Part shown: in pieces, positions 14,801-28,100 of the stretch
How the letters are laid out: each line of letters starts with the position of its first letter
Numbering within the stretch: position 1 is the stretch's first letter
Assembly (NCBI RefSeq): GCF_037042905.1
Contig: NC_087251.1
Span: 45,820,001-45,884,000 of the forward strand
Direction: 5' to 3'
Length of the DNA: 64,000 bases
DNA from: Lytechinus pictus
Lineage: Eukaryota
Notes under the pieces: model-generated
What the model was told of the DNA's origin: nothing
What the model saw: only the letters and a program-made list of their open reading frames with translations
Databases searched by the model: none
Position numbers and translations under genes: made by a program

Positions 14801-16508
14801 ACATCACAATTATTGGAGCAATATTCTGAAACCAGCAGGCCAAAAACCTGCCTGTATGTCTAAAATGCAGTGCATCAAATTATTAAAACCAAGAAAATGA
14901 TTTTAATGAATTTTCATGACAGTCGATCCTCTCTAAATTTCAAGATGGTGGCCATTTTGCAGCATATCTATTGGACAGATTTCAATATCCCTAGATGCCA
15001 AATTTTAAAATAATACATTACGTGATACTAGATAAAGTGATTTTTTTCAATGATCTTTTTTCATGGCAGCCATCTTGGATTTCAAGATGGCTGACATTTT
15101 GCTTCTGACTCAGGGGATCAGATCGCTGAGGGCCAGCAATATTTGAAATAAGCACCCCGCACTCCGTCGATATGTCAAAGTGCAATACTGCAGATCATAT
15201 AAAACTCAAATAAATAATTTACAGCCTCTCAACAGAAAATGATTGTTCCGGATGGTGATTATTCAACCAAAGCCACTTCAAATGTGTAACTGCAGAAAAA
15301 GCTAGCTGGTTTGTGTATTTATGGTGCTTCATACTTACGTAACATCTATATCAGCAATTAAGGGTGCCAAAGTATTATAATCCTTGCAACGGTTTTCCAG
15401 TGCCAATACAATGGGTTTTACTCACCATTATAATGTTGTACATCATTCAAACTTGGTAACCGTATTGGAATTCAAGTTTTTCTCCAAATTCAAAGTGTTA
15501 CAGGCCATACGTAAGACTTATTAATTATCTTTCATGGCGGCCATCTTGTAATTCAAAATGGCAACAAAACAGGGGTCTGACAATAATCAGTGCCTAAATA
15601 TATGCCTATATGACAGCTTTCAGGGCCACATATAAAACTCAAGACTATTATAATTTCTTTTAATTCATGGCGGTCATTTTGCCGAAACCCGGTGGTTACA
15701 TTGCTGGTGGCCGGCAAAAATCAGTGCCACGTACCTCTGTATGCCAATTTTGGTGTCATATATAATGTAAAATCCAAGAAAATTATTTTGATATGGTTTT
15801 TCATGGCAGCCATCTCTATTTGCCAAAGTTCAGAGCACATGTAAAATTCAAGAAAATGATTTTTAGTGATTTTCATGGCGGCCATCTTAGATTTCAAGAT
15901 GGCGGCTGACCTGGTGGTAAGACTATTTAAAATAAGTGCCCTAAACTACACCTACACTATATATGCTAAATTTCAATACCATAGCTCATACAAAACTAGA
16001 GAAAATTATTGCAACGATATTTCATGGCGGCCATCTTGGATTTCAAAATGGCGGCCGACCCGATGGTCAAATCACTTGGGGCCGGCAATATTTGAAATCA
16101 GCACCCCGAATTAAGCCTATATGCCAATTTTCAGTGTCACATATCATGTAAAACTCAAGAAAATGACATTTAATGATTTTTCATGGCGGCCATCTTGGAT
16201 TTCAAAATGGCGGCCATTTAGCCACCGACCAAATGGTCAAATTGCTGGGGGCTGGCAATATTTTAAATCAGTGCCTAAAAATACCCCAACATACTGAATT
16301 TCAGTGTCACACGTCATGTAAAACTCAAGAAAGTGACATTAATGATTTTTCATGGCGGCCATCTTGGATTTCAAAATGGCGGCCGACCCGATGGTCAAAT
16401 CGCTTGGGGCCGGCAATTTTTGAAATCAGCGCCCAAAAATACCCCTGTATGCCAAATTTCACACTTTCTGCCAGATTCGAGCATCTTTTTCACATATCTA
16501 CTGGACTA
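11884..16508. mobile_element. 4.6-kb non-autonomous foldback DNA transposon, Academ-like
   Basis: Termini TAGT...ACTA; 3-bp TSD ATG at 11881-11883 and 16509-16511; inverted arrays of 157/171-bp units containing GGCCGCCATTTTGAAATCCAAGATGGCCGCC; no transposase ORF. Confidence 0.82.
13971..14573. mobile_element. Kolobok-like TTAA MITE, family A, nested in the Academ-like element
   Basis: aggtcaagtccacc ... ggtggacttgtcct-ttaa. Confidence 0.85.
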
Positions 16509-17376
16509 ATGGAGAAATTCATAATTTTATGAATGGCTGGCTAGTCCGAAATTTGTTTACATTTTGGTCACTCAGTTTGGCTGAGATGTTTAGCAGTAGT
16601 AAACAGTTATACATCAGTCAAATTTACTCTATACGGCGGTCGTATGTCGAGTCGCCGTTTTATTCATTTTTTAAAAGAATCATTTTTATTCAACCCACCT
16701 ATATGTAGCTGGTACGGCCCCCGTACCGTCGGTTAAACTAAAGGGACATCATAATCGATGCGATTCGGATGTGTCGTTCCAATTAAGCGAACAGTCATAT
16801 CACCGAGGAAATAATACTTTTTCTGATCCATTGAAACATAAAAAAGTGATCATTTGCTTTACATTCCACATCGGAAACGATCTTATTTCGGAAAGAACAG
16901 GGAGCATTAAACAAAATGACACTCTTCATATGTTCCTAGCGACCCCCCCCCCAAAAAAAAAAAAAAAAATGTCTGCCAAGCTAGGTGACGAAAATCTACC
17001 CACCAACAAAAATTATGAGCTAAGTATAATGATGTGCTGTTCAATGATAAATTACTTTTCGAACAACATTAATGTGAAATCATGTAGGGGGGGGGGATAA
17101 TAATTGAAAAAAAAAGATGAATGAAGTGTACCACTTTAAGGTCAAACCAAACTATACAAAACGAAGCTGACAGGAATAGGCCTTCTCTATAATTAAGGAT
17201 ACAGCGGCACAAAATGACCTCAAACTCAAAGTGACGTCATATTTTCTCAATTAACAGTTGTAATGAAGAAAATACACGACCAAGAACTCTCTTTACTCTT
17301 CTTTCTTCTTCCTTCCCCCTCTTCCTCTGCGTCTTTTTAATCCCTCTTCTTTTCCCCTACTACTTGAAAAACCATA

Positions 17377-17615
17377 CACTTAGAAAAAAGGGGTTCTTCG
17401 AGGGTTATGCCTGTCCCTTATAAATAATAATAACCTTTAAATGCTCCTTAACAAAATGTTCTAAATTACCTTAAACCGCTTTGGAGCATTTTATGTACTT
17501 TATAAATCCCTTTAAAGTTTTCAAGCACGTAAAAAGCTTTTTGGGAACCCTTTTCTCGAGGGTTCCAAACACTTGACAAAATGGTTCCCATTCGAACCTT
17601 TTTGTTTTCGAAGAG
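17377..17615. mobile_element. TA-flanked CACT-terminated MITE (GGTTC/GAACC motifs)
   Basis: ta-cacttagaaaaaaggggttc ... gaacctttttgttttcgaagag-ta. Confidence 0.55.
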
Positions 17616-19149
17616 TACAGGGGGGCAGTCGCCTCCTGCCCTGTATGTAAATGGATGAGGACATTGACAGCTTGCCCTGGGCGATGGAGGGGCGCCAACA
17701 AGAGGACACTTTTGGGGGAAAATAGGGGCACACCTAAAACTTTAGAGCTGAAAAAAGGGGCGGGAATACCACCATGATCGAAGTGAAAATAAATTTACAT
17801 ACATCTCGTAAACCCTACCAGCTGATCGGCAACATTTCCTATACGAAACAATATCCATGGGCATTTGGGGAATAGCATTTGCACTTGACCTTGAGTGCAT
17901 GCATCATGAAGTTCACGCTTCAAAGATCAATGCAAAGCGTGGTCGTTCGATCGAGATAATGTGATGAACTTCCTATGATACCCTTTAATTGACAATCAGC
18001 CTTTTGTTTATGCTACGGAGCCCTTATGCTTTATACTAATGTGTATCTATCGCGTATCGGCGACGCCAGGGTAGTTTGACGAGGCAACCATTTCTTTTTT
18101 CTTAATGATATTGAAGGAAAGGGGTAATACAGCTCGTTACGCATCTATTCCTTTGTTTTCATGTAGACTTCTTTTTTCCTGTCTTCCCTTTTTTCCAATT
18201 TTTCCCTTCCCCCTTGTCTTTCCTGCCTTCACTACTTGAAAAAAATCACCGATTGCGGTCCCCTGTCATGCCCCCTATATTGTGGCGCCATGCCCCTCTT
18301 TTAAAGTGATAAGTTAACTGATAGCTTAGGGACATTTAATGAGTTAATTTTTTTAAACCAGTGTGTGCTTATAACTGCAATGTCAGCAAAATATCATCGC
18401 GATAACTCATTATTTTCAAAGTCCAATTATTGCGCCTGCGTGTTTACTCAGTCAAGTGACTCAAACTTTGGATGGTTCTTTTCTGGGGACCCAATGACAG
18501 GCATTGTATCCTGTTTTGATGAATGAAATTACAGTGACTGGAGTACTGTACATGTGTCATGTACGGTTTGTTGCTATGTCTGACAAGTCTCCGACAAGCT
18601 TTCACGTTATCAAGGACTATTTGTGTAAGGAAAGTATATGCTTCGGAGTCATGATTTTGGTAATAACAAGCAGAGCACTGTAACTCATGAAGCTTAGCAT
18701 TTGATTGTGGAGCCGATTTTTACGATCGATCCCAATAATCAATGCAAAATAATTAATACACAAAAAAAGCGCAATGCAAAAATGCCAAATCAATTGGAGC
18801 CCTACAATTACTCAACACTGAGCTTGGTGTATACGGGCCCAGGTGTCATGGTGTAACATGAAGGGATAAGATTAATATTACAATTGATCATGAATGTTTG
18901 TACATGGATTGCCATAGACTTATTTTTAATGATACAATCGATCGTATTTTTGTGTTACAGGGCCCGGGTCTATAATTCACTGACTGTTGACGACAATTTG
19001 CTCGTAGCAGCGGCGCGACTGCGTTGGATACGCCGCCGCGGTGGTGAAGTATAGCATTGAAGCAACATTTTGGACACGATGACAGGAAACGCCTGAGGAG
19101 TGTAAATCATCAACATTTATACAACAAATACATAGACATACAACTATAT

Positions 19150-19410
19150 AAGTTGAAATGGCGAGACAACGTATCTCTCCATGTTGACATAAAAGTTTTG
19201 TAGGTCGACTTGGCGGGATAACGCAATTTAGACATACAAGTATAAGTCGACTTGGCGGGATAACGCAATTTGTAGACATACAAGTATAAGTCGACTTGGC
19301 GGGATAACGCAATGTAGATATACAAATAAGTCGACTTGGCGGGAGAACGCAATGTAGACATACAACTATTTATAAGTCGACTTAGCGGGAAAACGCAATT
19401 GTATACAGAT
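19150..19410. repeat. Minisatellite, 5 units of 40-46 bp (TAAGTCGACTTGGCGGGATAACGCAAT...)
   Basis: Units at 19201, 19243, 19287, 19327 and 19373; related degenerate arrays at 25890-26140 and 26785-26825. Confidence 0.85.
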
Positions 19411-19619
19411 CTGCCAACTTTCCATTTATTGAGAATAACAGTCGGACAATGATTCATATCAATAAATTGAAATCATGTTCATGTAATTGGAATTAAAACT
19501 AATCACATTAATGCAAATGATAGATCGGTATTTATATCATTTACCCATTGCCCTCCACTGAGAACACTTTGAAAGTGTCCCCGAATGAATGAAATGATGT
19601 ATAATTATGTTCATGTTAA

Positions 19620-21137
19620 AGGCCTGGTCACACCGCCCGAGCGTTGTTGGAGCGGTCGTGGAGCGGAGAGAAAAAAAAATCATCACCGCTCGCTACCGTT
19701 CACCACCGGACTTAAACCAAAGTTGGCCTCCGTTAAGGCAACGTCGAATACGCTCGGCCACCGCTGATGGTCCCTCCTACCGCTCCGAAAGTTTTGGGCT
19801 GCTCAAAATATTGCGAGCGGTGAGGAACGGGCAATTTTCCGCTCCAGCAAAGTTGACTACCGCTCTAACAACGCCCAGTCAAAGTTTGGCACCGCTAGAC
19901 GAAAGTTGGTGAACGCTTGGGTCCGCTAGGCCAACGCAGAAATCTTGAACGCTGGACAACCGCTGCTTTGCCAGCGTTGCCCGGCCGGTGATCAAACGGT
20001 TCACAAACTTGGGTGGAGCGGTTGTAAGCGTTTTCCGAGCGGACACGGGATTGCTGGAACGGTGCTGGGCGTTAAAGTAGCGATCCATTGCGGTGATGAA
20101 CCTTGGTTTAGCGTTGGTAAGGAGGTGTCGGAGCGGTACCAGAATTGGGCTATAAATACGGGGAGAAATGAATAAGGAGCTCATTTGGAATCGAAATGGG
20201 CTGATAATCCCTGTTTTTTTCGCCCGGTGTCTAAGCTTTATTAAAGTCGATACCAAATTTAGCTGCCCGTTTTTATGTTAGAGCCGATTTTACTTGAGAC
20301 ATCACCCCAATTTAACCTGTTCAAAAACGGTCATTTTTATACCGTGCAGTCATCGCAGCGCACCGTGTGCAAAAGAAGGTCGATAACGCATATAAGGGCT
20401 ACCCAGCCCTCTTCCAGAGATAAAAGTTACTTGTAGATTAATTTCAGCCAAAAACCCTCATCGTAGTAAAACATTCGTTGTGTTATATACTCTGCGTTTT
20501 AACCAAGTCTACACAGCTTGATAAAGCACGGTTAATATTTTTCAGATTTTAAAGTATTTTTGTTTAATCTCATGATCATTTTGATGCCATCCAATTATTT
20601 TCAGGATCTCATACACACTTTTTAGGCATGTGAGAAGCATAAACCAACATTCACTCTGATCAATCTTAAAGTAACACATAACACAAAGTTTATATACTTC
20701 ACATTGTTTAGCGTAATTTTTCTTTTCAAAGATAGGTTTTAAGCAGCCAATCAAAATTTGGTATCAAAGTGACGTCATATGGGCTTTAAATTATGTTCAG
20801 TCGATTCTACGCCCAAAATTACCTTTAATCTACATGTTAAAGTAAAAATATAACACGCACTTTCAACTCATTCTGGCCCACTGTGCGACGCCCGCATGCG
20901 CATAACTCCGCTCTTTAAACGCTCGAGTCACCGCTAAACCAACGCTCGCGACCGCTCGCCACCGTTAAACCAACGCTAAAGCTACGCTGGCTTCAGTGGT
21001 GCACCGCTAAGGCAACGCCCATGTTTTCGATTTTTTCCCCAATTTTGTGAGCGGTGACGAGCATTGTCGAAATTCGACCCTCTCTCCCTACCGCTCCTCG
21101 ACCGCTCCAACAACGCTCGGGCGGTGTGACCAGGCCT
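19620..21137. mobile_element. PIF/Harbinger-like non-autonomous element with nested insertions
   Basis: About 39-bp TIR aggcctggtcacaccgcccgagcgttgttggagcggtcg at both ends; TSD not clean. Confidence 0.8.
20361..20885. mobile_element. Possible Transib-like MITE
   Basis: Ends CACCGTG / CACTGTG; GC-rich 5-bp flanks cagcg and cgacg, which are not identical. Confidence 0.4.
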
Positions 21138-21995
21138 TGTGTTGTCCTATACATTCTTCTGACACCCGGTTCTGACAGCAGGGGATGTGATGGTTCTAAG
21201 CTGATTCAGTCAATCAATATGATGAGACCTTATGATATTTACGTTTATCATTCAAAACACAAACTTATTTACTTTTAAAGGAATTCGTAGAGATACATGT
21301 ATACGCTCAAGCGTACACCCTGTGAGAAGTTGTTATTGTGGCAGAATCGCGTGTATAATTATGAACCACTGAACTGTCTGTACCACTAGAAGTGGTATGT
21401 AGGCTATAGTTCAGTGGTATGAACAGGACAACTAATACACGCGTCGTAAGTCTACAACACATGGGACGGGTCGATATAATCGTTGCATATTATTACAGCA
21501 TTTCAGCATAACGAACATCCCCGACAAGAGAACAAAATCTTTAGTCTTTGTACAAATGACCTAGTATACGTTACGTGATACGTTGGCTGCACTCACCATT
21601 GTCTGGGGATGATATTACAGACTGCCGATTTTCATTACGAGTGTAAGCTGGATGGCCGAGATACCGTTATTGATTTGAGTTAATAATATTGTCAGATTTG
21701 GAAATTTCCGATTTGTTTTGGATAATAATCATTCAATCTATTTTCAACGTTAATGGGCGTTAATGGTGGGTGCTGCACTAAGTCTAAACTAAACAAAATT
21801 TCCTCGGTCAAAGAGAGACTCCAAATTGCCTTTATCAAGGGTTGAATGGAGAATTCTCCCCTCCCTGTCACAATAAAATACACTGCATCTGCACGCGCAA
21901 TAAGATAACCAATCTAATTTTTTTTCATAATATTTATCTTCACTTTTTTGTCACTGTTTTTTATTGAATATTTTCTTGTTTCCATGCAGATCACA

Positions 21996-22137
21996 ATGTC
22001 GAAAAAGGGTTTACTGGAACGGCTCGAGGAAGGCCCGATCGTCGGGGATGGTAGTTTTGTGATTACCTTGGAGAGGCGTGGCTATGTCATGGCCGGTAAT
22101 TGGACGCCAGAGGCTTGTATAGAATATCCCGAAGCAG
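21996..22137 (+). CDS. BHMT: BHMT-like coding exon 1 ([10 protein letters not shown]...YPEA)
   Basis: Acceptor cag at 21987-21989, ATG at 21996, donor gtaatg at 22138; phase 1. Confidence 0.93.
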
Positions 22138-25100
22138 GTAATGACATTTATTTAGTTTTCTACTTAAACTTATATGCGGTCTTTATCTGTGTAATGCCCA
22201 GATGATCCCATTCCTAACTTGCTTTGCGATAGATAAGTTACTCGTGAATGAAAATAAATAATGATAGGCATTATTTTGTTGACGAAAAATTTAGAGGCTA
22301 CTCTTTTGATTACGAGCGATTTGTTTTTTATGTTAGGCAGTAAGCACAATAACACTGGTATTAAACAGCATATTACTGTAACTTCAACCAAGTCCTCACA
22401 AGTCCCTGCTTCAACCATTCTGGGTGTCGTCTTGAGGAGTAGATGGATATTAACAGTAAATATTTGTTTACTTTTTTTTCTGATTGTTTTGTTCCTATTG
22501 TCCGGCAGTTTCTCTCCCTCCCTCTCTCTCTCTTTCACACTCACAATCTATCTCAACCCCTCCAGTGACACGACATTTGCTTTGGTCGTAATATCTCAGA
22601 GGGCATAGGGTTAGAGTTAGGCTTGTAATAGAGTTTTTGGTTCAGAATGATGTAAAGATAAGGATTAGGGTTTGTTTAGTTATGGAGGGTAGACTTTATG
22701 TTTGGCTTAACGTGCGGGTTTTCCATCGGAGCAATTGTCGCCGGAGCAAATGTCATGGACCCCCCTCTTTCTCTCGAAGTCGCTACCCCTCTCCTATTTC
22801 CTATCCCGATCTCTATCACACCCTCTTTATCTCTCTAAAAAAATATTTAGTCACTGACGTTCTTCTTGTCCTTGGAGTCATGGAGTGATCTCTTTTTTTT
22901 AGAGGGGGGGGGGGGAGAGAGAAAAGTAATCAATAAATCCAAACTATCCACAGAAGTCACTCGCATTTAAGTAAATGAAAAACATCGCAATTATCTTCAC
23001 CCTTTCTTTAAATAAGTTTTGTAAAATCGATGTCAATTTTCCATTATAATACGCTTTTGTCTTCATTTCCAAGTTTGATCCAATAGCTTAAATTCGCAAT
23101 GCCTCGTTTACATTTGCTACGATTAGTTGATTTGTCTATGATTGTTTGATAGCAACGTATGTGGCTACGGGCTATGATTTTGGGGTTCACAATGTTTACG
23201 ACCATTTTACAATTTCATATTATGTTGGACATCGTAAATAGCAAAATATAAAAGCAAATAGGCCATAAATATACGGTGATCGTACATTTGTACGACGCCC
23301 CTGCGCTTATCATATTATGTCCAGACAATATATATGGCCCTGGGAAGAGGGGGTGCTGGAAGCCTGGAGCACCCCTAGATTTTCCGAGGGGGTCGCTGAG
23401 TGTATTATTCTCCAGAGGCAGCACCCCCAGGAATTCTGGTAGGTGTGTTAAATAGGAGAAATGTATGGAAAATAACCAACATTTTTGTTGGTACCCCCCC
23501 CCTTTTTTTTTTTTGCTTGTCAAATTTCTTGGGACCAAAACGACCTTTACTTTGTAGTGAAACCCTTTTTTTTTGCTTGTCAAATTTCTTAGGACCAAAA
23601 CGACCTTCATTTTGAAGTGAATTTCCCCCCTTTTTTTGCTTGTCAAATTTACTTCAGCACCCCCAGCATAAAATTCGTTCCCTGGGCACTGACAACAGTC
23701 CCTCGTGTGTGTTTCTCTTTTTTTTTTCTTGTTCTTTGTTATTATGCTGTTATTTGTCCTGTCACCTCTGTGTCCGTCTTCGTAGACAATTCTATAATAA
23801 TTATTTAGAGGGGTCCACACTCTACAAGCATTTGCCTTTTAGTGGATCCCTCCATTTTCTCAGATCATTATGTTTATGATAATTTGCTAATATGAAATAC
23901 TTTGTTTACTTATGGAAAAAAATATGAATTGTACCTACCTTAATTTATATTGTTATAATGTTTCATTTGCAATTGTCATTTTAATTCTAAACGTCCACTT
24001 TACATTTTCTGTTGAAAATGAAATAAAACAAATTGAATTAAATTAAAATTGAATAATACTACTTGCGCGATCGTACGATGCCCAGAGAATGTGCCCCTTC
24101 GGTGTGTCTAAGGGCAATGACCCTACGCAATGAAAATCCCGGGGATGAAAACTCCGCGCAAAACAAAATTGTAGACCCCGATTATCGTACGATCAATCAT
24201 CGTACGCCATCCTATGGAGATCGTATGGTTATCAGGATACGATCACACTATACGGGCACCCTGCGTAGACCAGGGGCCCGTCTTACAAAGAGTTACGATT
24301 GATCCAATAAATCGTAACTCTATGGAAATTCATCAGTGTCAAACAAAGTAAAACACACCAAATTATCAAGAAATCAATGACTTTATGGATATACATTCAT
24401 ATCTAGACAATATCTTTTAACAAACATGCATTTCATATATTGACTTTGCTGGCTTTCCATAGTTGCGATTGATCGGATCAATCGCAACTCTTTGTAAGAC
24501 GGGCCCCAGATGTAAACGGGACATTACATATGAAAACCGTGACTATATTTTATAATCAACGCAAAAATCATGCGGTATGTAAATATCTGATATTCATTCT
24601 TTTAATTCAACAGTAAAGCAACTTCACCGTGAATTCCTTCGGGCAGGCGCTGACGTCATGCAAACGTTCACATTCTATGCTTCTGAGGACGCAATGGGGA
24701 TAAAGGCTGACGAAAAACCAGATTCATCCAATGGGACCACTTCCGATGTAAGTTTCATAATTTTTATTGAAACAATCCATTGCTGTACTTACCGTTTGAA
24801 AATACATGTAGTTCGTATTGTGTTTATCATAATTAAATATAAATATTGAACCTTGTTCAAAGTTTTCCAATCATCGGGCATATAATATCAAAGAATAAAT
24901 TGTTTTGTGTAGATGAATGATAATGAACGGAATCGGTCCGTTTTTAGAGTAAAAAAGGGTGAAAACATCACTCGCCTGACAGTTTATTCTGACTATTTAT
25001 TATATTTTTTTAATCTGTAGTTAAAAAAAAAAAAGAATTTTCCTTGTAAAAATATAATGATTTTCGATGTATGATTTTAGTGGGAAAGGATCAACTATGT

Positions 25101-28100
25101 AGCGTGCGACCTTGCCCGTGAAGTTGCCGACGAAGGTGGCGCCCTGGTAGCCGGTAGTTTGTCACCTATCACGTCTTACAAGGAGAAAACTGCGGGCAAA
25201 GAATTCGTCCAGAATGAATTCAAGAAACAGTGTGATATATTTGTGGAGAAGGGAGTAGACTTCATGCTCGGTGAGGTGAGATTTCTTCCTCATTCTGCTA
25301 ATAAGGAATTTTTCGCAACCAATACGCAGACGCTTTCTGGAACGTTGAGAATCTATTGTCTAAAGCCCTTCATGGCAGACAAAGCAGCCTTTGTCGAAAA
25401 TCGGTGACTCAAAACACAGCAGTGCCATCCATGACTCTGGACAAACGGCATATTTGCAGTTTTCCGTCTGCTCCGAATCCTGGGACGATCTGCTGTCCAG
25501 GTTCACAAATTTTCGACAAAGACCTCTTAGCTTTATGATTTGAAGGGCATTTCAATATATTTGCGATGTTGTAGAATTTGTCTCCGTAACAATTGCGAAA
25601 ACTCGCTATTTTCAGAAAACGTAAGAGTAAATTTTCCAGAGTTATGGCGCCCACTAGAGTCTGGACAAGACGCATTGGACAATTCAGTCTCGCCTAGCAT
25701 AATTACGAAATTTTGACTACCAATGGTACCATTGATGTTGAGTATACTATTGTGATGTTCCTTGGACGTGAATATTTTTTGCCCGAGCCTCGAGCGTCAT
25801 GGTATGTTTGTATAATATGCAACGATCCCATGGGGTATTGATTTGCTTTAGATCAACATTCCTTGAATATAGTCACGGAAGTGCTGTCGGCTTGACGAGA
25901 TGATGATCCAATTTATCTTGCCATGTCGACATATTGTCAACATAGCGATATACGTCATCTTGCCAAGTCGACTGAATAACCTTATTTAGTTGACATGACG
26001 TATATGTCGCTTGCCAAGTCGATTTATAAAAAAGTTGTATGTCGATATGGCGCGATACGTGGTGTTGACGTAGATTGCCATGTCAACATTACTTGTTACA
26101 AGTATATTTGGCAAGATTTCTATCTCGCCAAGTTGACAAAACTTTTGAGGCTGACCATGACGCACGACTTGAAGGATTCGATAACATACAAAATGTATTG
26201 TCAATTGTCCGATCAGTGAATTAAAACGGCAGTTCCGTCCTGGACTCTGGACGAACGAAATAAATTGCAGTTTTTCGTCTGCTCCAAAACTTCTGACGAA
26301 ACTGCTTTTATGGTTCATCAATTTTCAACAAAGACTAGGTGCCCGTTTCATAAAAAGTTACAACTGTTGTAACTTTGCCATTATGGCCACTACCATGGTA
26401 ACCTTGATTTTGATTGGCTGCTGAGCCCTGTTGCTAGTTGTGGTAGTTGCCATAATGGCAAAGTTACAACAGTTGTAACTCTTTATGAAACGGACATCTG
26501 GGGCCCGTTTCGTGAAGAACTTGCAATTGTCTTAACTTTGCCATTATGGCAACTTATGGAAACTACCATGGTAACAGGACTCAGCAGCCAATCATAATCA
26601 AGGTTTCTAGGGTAGTTGCCGTAATGGCAAAGTTACAACAGTTGCAAGTCCTCTATGAAACGGGCCCCTGATAGACCTCCCAGCTGTTCATTGTCGTTTG
26701 GCGGGCATTTTTAATACTTTCTTGAATCCACCGCGTGTCGTGGAATCGGAAAAACTCCCTATTGTATCTCGCATAACTTTTCATAAGTCGGCTTGGCGAG
26801 ATCTCGCCATGTTGACATGTTGGCAGCTGTATTTTACATCCAATCATTTTTCACTCCCCATTGAATGATAACTAAATTTGTTTGATTCTATCAGAAGAAT
26901 TTTCCGTTAGAAAACGAGTTGATTGTGGGATATGTTCGTCATTTTCTTTAGTTTTTCGCTGAAGCTGAAGAAGCAGAATGGGCCATAGAGGTGATGGCTA
27001 AAACCGGTCTTCCTGTAGCATGCATGATGAGGATAGGCAAAATGGGAGACGAGAGCGGGGTCCAACCAGGCGATGCTGCAGTCAGAATGGCAAAAGCAGG
27101 TGCGTATACGAACGTGGTTTCTGTATGTACTCTAATGCTAAGTCACACCAACAAAATCGACTCCAAACCGACCGATGGTATATCATTGGTAATAATGTAA
27201 TAGATTTGATCGGTCTGGTGTCAGTTTCGCGGGTGTGACTGGGGCATAGAAGAAATCATGAGAAAGGTTTTTAGGGTTGAAGCAATTCCATTTTGTGTGC
27301 ATGATTGAAAGAGCGAGGAAAAGAAGAAAATTCAGGAAGAGAAAAACGATGGCTTTATGATATTTCAACACATGTGGAATGAGTTGTTATTTGGGGAAAG
27401 GTGTACTCCGGGAAGTTACTCCCGCTGGGTCCGGTTGCATTAAAGTTACTATTATGGTAACTTTCCCATCCAATGGTAACTACCATGGTAAGGACGATCA
27501 ACAGCCAATCAAAATCAAGTATTCCATTAAAGATACCATTGAATGGCAAAGTTACCGTAATGGTAACTTTTATCAAACGGGGCCTAGGTCAGCTGTTTTT
27601 TTTTTGGTGGGAATCTCTAGAGAGTTGTCTTCCAAGAAAACTTATTTACAGACCCGGGATACAGTGTATTTTAGAAGTGAAAGCAAAATGGACACTTGCC
27701 CGGGCGATACTTATAAGGGGCGCAAAAAGGTAAAAGTGAGGGGAAAAGGGGAAAAAAGGGAAAAACCTTCCCCCGCTTGAAAGCTTTATCTCGCAAACAA
27801 ACTAAACTGAAGTAAGAAAAAAGTATCTATAAGCCAAATGCTGGAAGGGGTGGCAATTCCGTTCTTATTGTCAGGGTAATTCAGGCTTAAAAGCCTACCC
27901 ATAAAGTACCGATTTCTACTAACCATGCTAACGTTAGCCGCCGAATTTGGGCAAAAATATAACTTTGAAATCACAAAACCACACACCGTTCAGAATTTAA
28001 ATAGGATTCTATCGTAAAAAGGTATTAATTTTATCTTACAATCTCGAAAAATTTATTAGCAAGAAATTCACCCCACCCCGAAACGAGTCATTCGACTGTC

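Larger units (their letters stand above)
23100..24523. mobile_element. Harbinger-like element hosting nested insertions (BHMT intron)
   Basis: tgcctcgtttacat / atgtaaacgggaca ends; repeated atcgtacgat motifs; contains the hAT MITE 23335-23691, a retroposon tail ending near 24055 and the MITE 24274-24506. Confidence 0.6.

Noticed and set aside
11714..16532. Repeated ORFs with WRPSWISKWRP / GGHLGFQNGG
   Set aside because: Incidental frames of the transposon's tandem units; no transposase motifs.
19190..19410. CRISPR-like look: about 27-bp conserved repeat with variable gaps
   Set aside because: Gaps are only about 13-19 bp and related to each other, there are no cas genes and the context is eukaryotic; it is a minisatellite.
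23215..23820. 201-aa ORF, similar to ORF 23..427
   Set aside because: Reading frame through a multicopy hAT-like MITE.
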